DNA from: Candidatus Poribacteria bacterium
Lineage (GTDB): Bacteria > Poribacteria > WGA-4E > PCPOR2b
DNA length: 64,000 nt
Reading direction: 5' to 3'
Assembly: GCA_965208325.1 (NCBI GenBank)
Contig: OZ242326.1
Span: forward strand, 854,725-918,724
The position numbers were made by a program, and so were the translations under genes. Positions 58,477 to 64,000 of this stretch are shown in pieces (positions within the stretch are counted from its first letter, which is position 1; each line of letters begins with the position of its first letter). The notes beneath the pieces are model-generated. The model was not told the DNA's origin. It saw nothing but the letters and a program-made list of their open reading frames with translations, and searched no databases.

Positions 58477-60582
58477 TCACGCATTCTGAGCATCATCATC
58501 TTCCATCTTCTTTACCAACCGGTCAATCCTTTGAAACTGCCACGTCCAGCGGACATTGTAGAGAAATTGCCTGAGGTCAAATCGATTGTCATCAGGCGAA
58601 TAGGATTCGGCATGATATGAAGGCGTCAACGTTGTCATCTTATGGCGGTTGAGTGAATAGTGGTAGAAAAAATACCTGACCTTTGCAGCCACTTCCTGGC
58701 GCGAAAGATGATGCCACTCATGAACCAATTTCTCAAACATGTTTACTGGCCCGCACCGATCTATTTTGCGGAGCCTTCCGAACCGGCTAAGTTCCTGGTA
58801 GGTCAACCCCATATCCGCTTCGTCTTCCTGCGTATACGACTCGGTGATGGGTTCTAGCTCCGCTGTCGGCGGCGCGTCCAAAACATCGTTAAGAATCGTA
58901 TACCCCAGATTTTCCGCCGCCCACCGCAAAAACCGGCGGAGATCCTCCTTGCTTATTCCCCCAATCGGATTTATGTCAGCGCTGCTGCAGTCGTATTTTG
59001 TTACGTAGCCGCGCAGGCTCTCATCCACATTCGCCGTTCCCAGCACCAGCAATACCCCGCGTTTGCCGCGCACCCACGGCAACAGTTGCGCCAATAGGTA
59101 GGAAAATACCATGCGAAGGCGTGCTTGGATGTTCTGCAGAGCGGTGTTTTCCGATGCCGTGCCGCCGTCCACCTTGAACCGCGGAGTTTTCTGGGTCAGC
59201 TTTATAAAGAGGGAGAGCATTGCAGCGACGACGGAATCAATATTGACATTCAGGTGGTACGCCCCAATCTGATCCGCCAACTCTTTTGCACGCGTGCGTG
59301 TCACCTTTGAGCTGTTCACAGTCGCCAGATAGCATGTGTGGAGAATTCGGTTGGCGAATTCACGCGCATCGGTCGGCAGATAGCCGCCCGCCTCGTCTTC
59401 TCCGGCGATGCGGCGAGCGTCTCGGATGACCGCACGATTCCCCGCCTTTGCTTCTTTGGCTACCATTTGGCACATCGATCCGACCAAGGTAGCAACCGTG
59501 GAACTATCCGCTCCCCCCGAGATTGGCAGGAAATACCCCGCTGCACCGGAGCGCCTCAGATAATCCCATAGCCAGCATGCCGGGCCGTAAGCAATTTCGC
59601 CTTCCGGTGTGTGATAGCGAATCTCTATCGGCGGGGACGGCGCAAGTCCATAATCCTCGGCGGTAAGGTCGAAATCCACAGCAACTCTGGGAACCAATTC
59701 CGATTGGCTCGCCTGCACGCCGCGGCTAGTTTTCGCCCCGCGATACGAGCGGACATCTTCCAAATCGAGCGTGGCGGTTAACACTTCGATGTCGTTTAGC
59801 GAAAACTGTGTTCCTTGCGCCACAATCTCGCCGTTAACGGCTATCATGGCACAGCCGTCGAAGTAAAGACGTCCCCCATCGCAGCCTTGCTGGTTTGCAT
59901 AGAGGTAGATCCCGCCGGCTTTTGACGTGGCGTTGCGGATGAGATTTACGCGCTGGTCGAGTTTACGAAGTTCGTGATGCGATCCCGATGCGTTGGTGAT
60001 AATCTCAACCCCGTTCAAGCTGAGGTAGATATGCGGGCTATTCGGTGCAAAAAGCCCCTCACAAGTTTCCGCCGCAAGCACAGTGTCGCGCGTCGCGACG
60101 GCGGCATCGCCGAACGGGACGGTATCCTGACCCGTGATTTCCCGAATCATGCGCGGCAGATAGAAGTCTTCTAGCGTCTTGGAATGCTGCCACGCTGCGA
60201 ACCACCGCATTTCACGGTAATTTCCGTCCGCCGCGAGAATCGGCTTCGGTATAATCAGGACAATTTTTCGATCCAGCACGAGAATGCGGCAGTTGTACCG
60301 CACATTTTTGTGCATCACCGGCATCCCGATATCGCAAAGCATGCTTGTTGTCAAATCCCCACTGAGTATCTCGGCGAGGCATTCCCACGAATGAAGAAAA
60401 GTATCCTGCTCCAAAAAATGATCTTCGCATCCGTAACCGGAAATCTCTAATTCGGGACCGACGCGATACCGTGCTCCCTTTTCTTTTGCAATCTGAGTCG
60501 AGGCAACAATTCGCTCAAGATTTCCTTCGAAGTCCATCGCCCATTGATTGAGATTGCAGGTTGCGAGGGTTACTAATTTCAT
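58477..60582 (-). CDS. nadE: glutamine-dependent NAD(+) synthetase (CN-hydrolase plus NAD synthetase domains)
   Basis: N-terminal nitrilase domain ('[24 protein letters not shown]', catalytic Cys 'GCDGG' region), PP-loop '[16 protein letters not shown]'. 701 aa. Confidence 0.85.
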   Translation of the reverse strand: MKLVTLATCNLNQWAMDFEGNLERIVASTQIAKEKGARYRVGPELEISGYGCEDHFLEQDTFLHSWECLAEILSGDLTTSMLCDIGMPVMHKNVRYNCRILVLDRKIVLIIPKPILAADGNYREMRWFAAWQHSKTLEDFYLPRMIREITGQDTVPFGDAAVATRDTVLAAETCEGLFAPNSPHIYLSLNGVEIITNASGSHHELRKLDQRVNLIRNATSKAGGIYLYANQQGCDGGRLYFDGCAMIAVNGEIVAQGTQFSLNDIEVLTATLDLEDVRSYRGAKTSRGVQASQSELVPRVAVDFDLTAEDYGLAPSPPIEIRYHTPEGEIAYGPACWLWDYLRRSGAAGYFLPISGGADSSTVATLVGSMCQMVAKEAKAGNRAVIRDARRIAGEDEAGGYLPTDAREFANRILHTCYLATVNSSKVTRTRAKELADQIGAYHLNVNIDSVVAAMLSLFIKLTQKTPRFKVDGGTASENTALQNIQARLRMVFSYLLAQLLPWVRGKRGVLLVLGTANVDESLRGYVTKYDCSSADINPIGGISKEDLRRFLRWAAENLGYTILNDVLDAPPTAELEPITESYTQEDEADMGLTYQELSRFGRLRKIDRCGPVNMFEKLVHEWHHLSRQEVAAKVRYFFYHYSLNRHKMTTLTPSYHAESYSPDDNRFDLRQFLYNVRWTWQFQRIDRLVKKMEDDDAQNA

Positions 60583-61182
60583 AGTTTTTCCGTTTCGTGC
60601 CAGAGTTACAGGTCCGGTCAGAAGCCAAATGCCCTACCGCCGAGATTCCTTGTTCACTCGTACCTTTATTGCATCGTGCAAGATACGGGGGTCTGGTGTT
60701 TTATGCGAGGTTGGCGGCGTAAAACGCCACACATTTTATCATAACATCGGTTTGCATGCGAAAGATAACGGTTCGCCGCAGCGTTACTGAGGTGCTGGAA
60801 GACCGGCAAAACAGCGGCCCGCACCGTGAATTTTGGAGACAAAATTTCACAGTTTTCACAGTAAACTGAAAAAACGGGAAAACGAAATATGCCCACAAAC
60901 ATAGGTGAGGCGCGGGTTCAGCCGACTGTTAAGAATATGTTACTGTGAAATTTTCATAGTTTTAGTGGTTAGGTGGTTGAACGTCCAAAAGCTCGTATTA
61001 GGGCAATTCTTTGCCCGTTATTACACATAAAATCTGGCAGACCGAGAAAGTGAATAGCCTGCCGGACGCTCAATTGATTGCGCGACTACGAACCTCTACC
61101 ATGGTGCGCTCAAACCGTCAACCGTTTTCCACCAGCATTCCGCGAGTAGGACGACGGAGGATTGTAGTATAAGTTGGTTTGA

Positions 61183-61686
61183 TTACTTTACGGATTCATT
61201 GAAAATTGGATCCGTTGTTCGGAATCTGAGGTTGTCTTTTGCTTTGATTTCATCGATTAAGTTTCTAACGTCTGGTTGCGTCAAAATTCCACATTCCCAA
61301 AGCGCCCGTAAGGTCTCGGCTAGGTTGACGCAGTCTATTTTGATTCTCAGACAGTGATGTTTGACTCGCCGTTCGTTGCTAACAAAGACGGCGCCTAATC
61401 GTTTGCAAATTGCCATTGTCTCGCGTTCCCCCAAACCGAGTGTCCAAGGCAAAGTTTCCATGAACTGTTGGTCTGCATCTGTCGGTTGATACGTCACGAT
61501 TCGTCCTTGCGCGTGTAATGCCATGACATTTTCTACAAAATTGAACCCCTTAACGGCGCCCGTTTGTAGTTCGCGCTCCACGGCGGAAGAAATGTTGAGT
61601 AAATCCGCATTGAAGACGGTGAACAACAGCGGCAAACGGTGAACTTTAGCAAAAATCGAAAGCACATCCGTGTCAATGAAAACCAC
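61183..61686 (-). CDS. PIN-like (DUF3368-type) toxin
   Basis: 'MVFIDTDVLSIFAKV' PIN acidic start, and a downstream Asp ('QPTDADQQF'). Stop/start coupled with the upstream UPF0175 gene. Confidence 0.55.
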   Translation of the reverse strand: MVFIDTDVLSIFAKVHRLPLLFTVFNADLLNISSAVERELQTGAVKGFNFVENVMALHAQGRIVTYQPTDADQQFMETLPWTLGLGERETMAICKRLGAVFVSNERRVKHHCLRIKIDCVNLAETLRALWECGILTQPDVRNLIDEIKAKDNLRFRTTDPIFNESVK

Positions 61687-61688
61687 GG

Positions 61689-62039
61689 TTAAGCCCCTTC
61701 GGAATTGTCGTTTGGCTTGTGAACTTGCTTGACGACCGAAACTCCCGCCTGCAATGCGTCCACCGATTCGATTTCAATTGTCTTTGGGATACCCTTCGCG
61801 CTCAAAGCCACGTCAAACTCAAAACGGTGGATTCCAGCCAATTCCGCTGCCCTCGCAAGCGTCACTTCACCGTGTTGATAAAGCAAAATTGCGGCATCAA
61901 GACGAGATTCTTTTTTCGTAGTGACTAATTTTTCAAGTGCATCGGTCATCAACGCATGCGAATCGGCATAAAGTCCCACATCAATCAGGGCGTTCACCTC
62001 TTCTTCAAGGGTAGGTGAGTGAATTTCAATCTGGAGCAT
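61689..62039 (-). CDS. UPF0175-family antitoxin-like protein
   Basis: 'AILLYQHGEVTLARAAELAGIHRFEF', the UPF0175 HTH signature. 116 aa. Lies 2 nt upstream of the PIN gene. Confidence 0.55.
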   Translation of the reverse strand: MLQIEIHSPTLEEEVNALIDVGLYADSHALMTDALEKLVTTKKESRLDAAILLYQHGEVTLARAAELAGIHRFEFDVALSAKGIPKTIEIESVDALQAGVSVVKQVHKPNDNSEGA

Positions 62040-62322
62040 GGCTTTCTTTCCTTTCGATATCGAAGTTAATTACGAAAAGTCAACCTCATCGGCGTCGAGC
62101 TTGCGGAGAAAAAGATCTTGAGATTGGTGGAGGATTCGAATTTTCAAAATCATTTTCCCAATGCGAAAAGATTGGTTCGATAAATTTAGGTACGCAAGGA
62201 TTATGGACAGGGTTATACCGGTACCGCAGCGGGCGAACCATCCACTCCCATGGCGTCAACTGCTTCATCTAGCGAAATGGTTAGGTTTGCATAATGAGGC
62301 ATAATCTGAATCTCATTCACGT

Positions 62323-63276
62323 TTAATTTTGCAATTCATGCAGCAAATCTACCCAACTCAGGCGTTCTCGTGCGGGGTCTACCAGCGGTTTAAGCCGTTC
62401 GCACCACCCCTTGACGGTATTGTAAAACGCCGGGTCTGTCTCAATTCGCTCTAGGAGTTTCGCCAATGCGTACGTATCGCCTACCGGAAAGTAGCCCGGA
62501 TAATCCTCGCCGAGTAGACCGATTGATCCGGATATTTGCGACGAAATGACGGGCACCGAACAGGCGATCGCCTCGCCAACCACATTCGCGCCGCCCTCCA
62601 TCTGTGAAGTCAACACGAGCGCACGGCAGCGGGCTAACCGGCGAAGTGCCTTCCACCGAGGAATTTCCCCTAACCAACGATAGCGCGGATTGGATGCTTC
62701 CTCTGCTCTTGCGGTTATTTCCGTATCTTCGCTTAAGGCGCCGCCGATATGCACCACCTGGACTCGCGAGTGGGCGCGCAGGGAGCGGGAAGCTATCGCC
62801 GTCCGGAATGGGTCCTTCACGGGACGCAAATGTCCAATCACGCACACCTCAAAGACATCCTTTTTCGGAGAAAAGGCGCGTGGCGGTTTCTTTACGGATT
62901 GGTAAATGACGCTTGCCTTGCCTCGCAAGTGTACCGGAAGTTCATCAATTCCCATCGCTTGCAGCACGATGAACCTCGACGCTATCTCCAGCGATTCTTG
63001 AGCGTACGAATCGATATGGATATCGCTGTACAGATCTGTTCCGGTCAACGCCAGGATAAGTGGTAGGTCGGGGTATTTTCCCCGAAAGCGTTTAATGGAA
63101 ACATAACTGCGGCGTGCGTGAAGCGCGACCATCAAATCGCACCGCTCGCCGCCATACGTTTGCTGAACCAGGACACGGTGACCAAGTTCGCGCAATATGC
63201 GAGCCCAGCGCAGCGCTGTTACACGGTTTCCTTTGCGGGAGCGCGGCGGCGCCGGGGTAATCATACAAATTTTCAT
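62323..63276 (-). CDS. small GT-B-fold glycosyltransferase (SenB-like?)
   Basis: 'MKICMITPAPPRSRKGNRVTALRWARILRELGHRV' N-terminal GT-B Rossmann, C-terminal 'EGGANVVGEAIACSVPVISSQISG' (EX7E-like nucleotide-sugar region). 317 aa. Confidence 0.5.
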   Translation of the reverse strand: MKICMITPAPPRSRKGNRVTALRWARILRELGHRVLVQQTYGGERCDLMVALHARRSYVSIKRFRGKYPDLPLILALTGTDLYSDIHIDSYAQESLEIASRFIVLQAMGIDELPVHLRGKASVIYQSVKKPPRAFSPKKDVFEVCVIGHLRPVKDPFRTAIASRSLRAHSRVQVVHIGGALSEDTEITARAEEASNPRYRWLGEIPRWKALRRLARCRALVLTSQMEGGANVVGEAIACSVPVISSQISGSIGLLGEDYPGYFPVGDTYALAKLLERIETDPAFYNTVKGWCERLKPLVDPARERLSWVDLLHELQN

Positions 63277-63361
63277 GGTGTTCTCTTCAAGAGTTCAAAG
63301 TGAAAACGGCTGAAATTTCTTTTTTATATGCGCGTATCATGGCGTTAACGGTGTCTGCGCA

Positions 63362-64000
63362 TCAGTCGCACGCACAGGTGCGAAATCCAGCCAGCACATC
63401 CCGCCGATCCGGCGTGTAGAAATTGCGCCAGGTGTTGCGCAGCATCCGGGAACGCGTTGTCCAGCACCCGCCGCGCAGCACTTTTCGAGATCCAAACCAG
63501 GGGGCGGAATACTCCTTGTACAGGTCAACCTCAAAACCCGGATAAGGGTGAAAACTGCTGCTCGTCCATTCCCATACATTGCCAATCATTTGGCGGCAGC
63601 CGAAGCCGCTGTCCCCCTCCGGTAATGCGTTTACACTGACGCAACCCATCTGATTCCAATCCAAGTTAGCCCGCTCGGGCGTATGCGGTTCGCTGCCCCA
63701 AGGGAAGCGCCGCTTCGCCGACGAAAGCCCCTCACCGCCAAGGCGCGGTTCTGCGGCGGCGGCAACCTCCCACTCAACCTCTGTTGGGAGCCGGCGCTTC
63801 GCCCAACGGCAGTACGCTTCAACCTCATACCAGTTGACATGGATTACGGGAAGGCGGGGTTCGAGCGGCACCCATTCGCCAAAATGCCGCCGCAACCATT
63901 CGCCATCCGTGTCGCAACGCCAGTAGACGGGATGTTGCGCCGCCTCCGAGTTACGCCAATCCCATCCGTCCGAACTCCAGAGGTCTCTTCGGCGGTAACC
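63362..64000 (-). CDS. EgtB/FGE-sulfatase-family sulfoxide synthase, C-terminal part (gene continues beyond window end)
   Basis: 'VIHVNWYEVEAYCRWAKRRLPTEVEWE', 'GNVWEWTSS', 'RVLRGGCWTTRSRMLRNTWRNFYTPDRRDVLAGFRTCACD', the EgtB/OvoA/FGE C-terminal signature. The frame is open to the window edge. Confidence 0.65.
   Translation of the reverse strand, partial: GYRRRDLWSSDGWDWRNSEAAQHPVYWRCDTDGEWLRRHFGEWVPLEPRLPVIHVNWYEVEAYCRWAKRRLPTEVEWEVAAAAEPRLGGEGLSSAKRRFPWGSEPHTPERANLDWNQMGCVSVNALPEGDSGFGCRQMIGNVWEWTSSSFHPYPGFEVDLYKEYSAPWFGSRKVLRGGCWTTRSRMLRNTWRNFYTPDRRDVLAGFRTCACD

Noticed and set aside
1-64000. CRISPR array
   Set aside because: No regularly spaced short direct repeats with unique spacers anywhere. 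The repeat families found are palindromic or modular and lack constant periodicity.

Overview
The window is a 64-kb bacterial chromosomal segment, probably from an uncultivated lineage, with roughly 50-55% GC in the core genes. Calls are my best assignments from the sequence alone and none has been checked against a database.

The left half (1-34.3 kb) is mostly metabolic housekeeping:
- a 5'-truncated RuBisCO-like protein with a Gfo/Idh/MocA oxidoreductase;
- a TPR protein and an FG-GAP/ASPIC secreted protein;
- a phytanoyl-CoA dioxygenase;
- an octaheme c-type cytochrome with a His-rich membrane partner;
- an SDR and an MSOX-like FAD oxidase;
- a fatty-acid beta-oxidation block (acyl-CoA ligase; fadN-like hydroxyacyl-CoA dehydrogenase/hydratase, thiolase, DASS transporter; CaiB-type CoA-transferase with an acyl-CoA dehydrogenase);
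- a class III adenylate cyclase fused to a STAND ATPase and TPR;
- a PBP4-type D-Ala-D-Ala carboxypeptidase;
- an FAH-family hydrolase.

From about 34.3 to 52.1 kb the character changes to what looks like an accessory island, with AT-rich patches and lower coding density:
- a UvrD-like helicase fused to a Cas4-like Fe-S PD-(D/E)xK nuclease, directly upstream of a Type III restriction-modification pair (Mod methyltransferase, Res helicase-endonuclease) and an HNH-like small protein;
- a 5.6-kb block of envelope proteins (S1 protease fused to a C-terminal beta-barrel, PEGA lipoprotein, outer-membrane barrel, TRL-like lipoprotein) bracketed by two copies of an ~80-bp intergenic motif;
- an IS5-family insertion sequence with an A8 frameshift site;
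- an orphan phage terminase large subunit.

The right part carries an MFS transporter, two tandemly duplicated GH127/DUF1680-like proteins, a Rieske protein, glutamine-dependent NAD synthetase, a UPF0175/PIN toxin-antitoxin pair, and at the edge an EgtB-like sulfoxide-synthase fragment next to a small glycosyltransferase, which resembles a selenoneine or ergothioneine-type cluster.

Two short intergenic repeat families stand out: a 27-bp perfect inverted-repeat element, and a modular 'GACCGAATAGGGAG' element that brackets the CaiB and acyl-CoA dehydrogenase operon.
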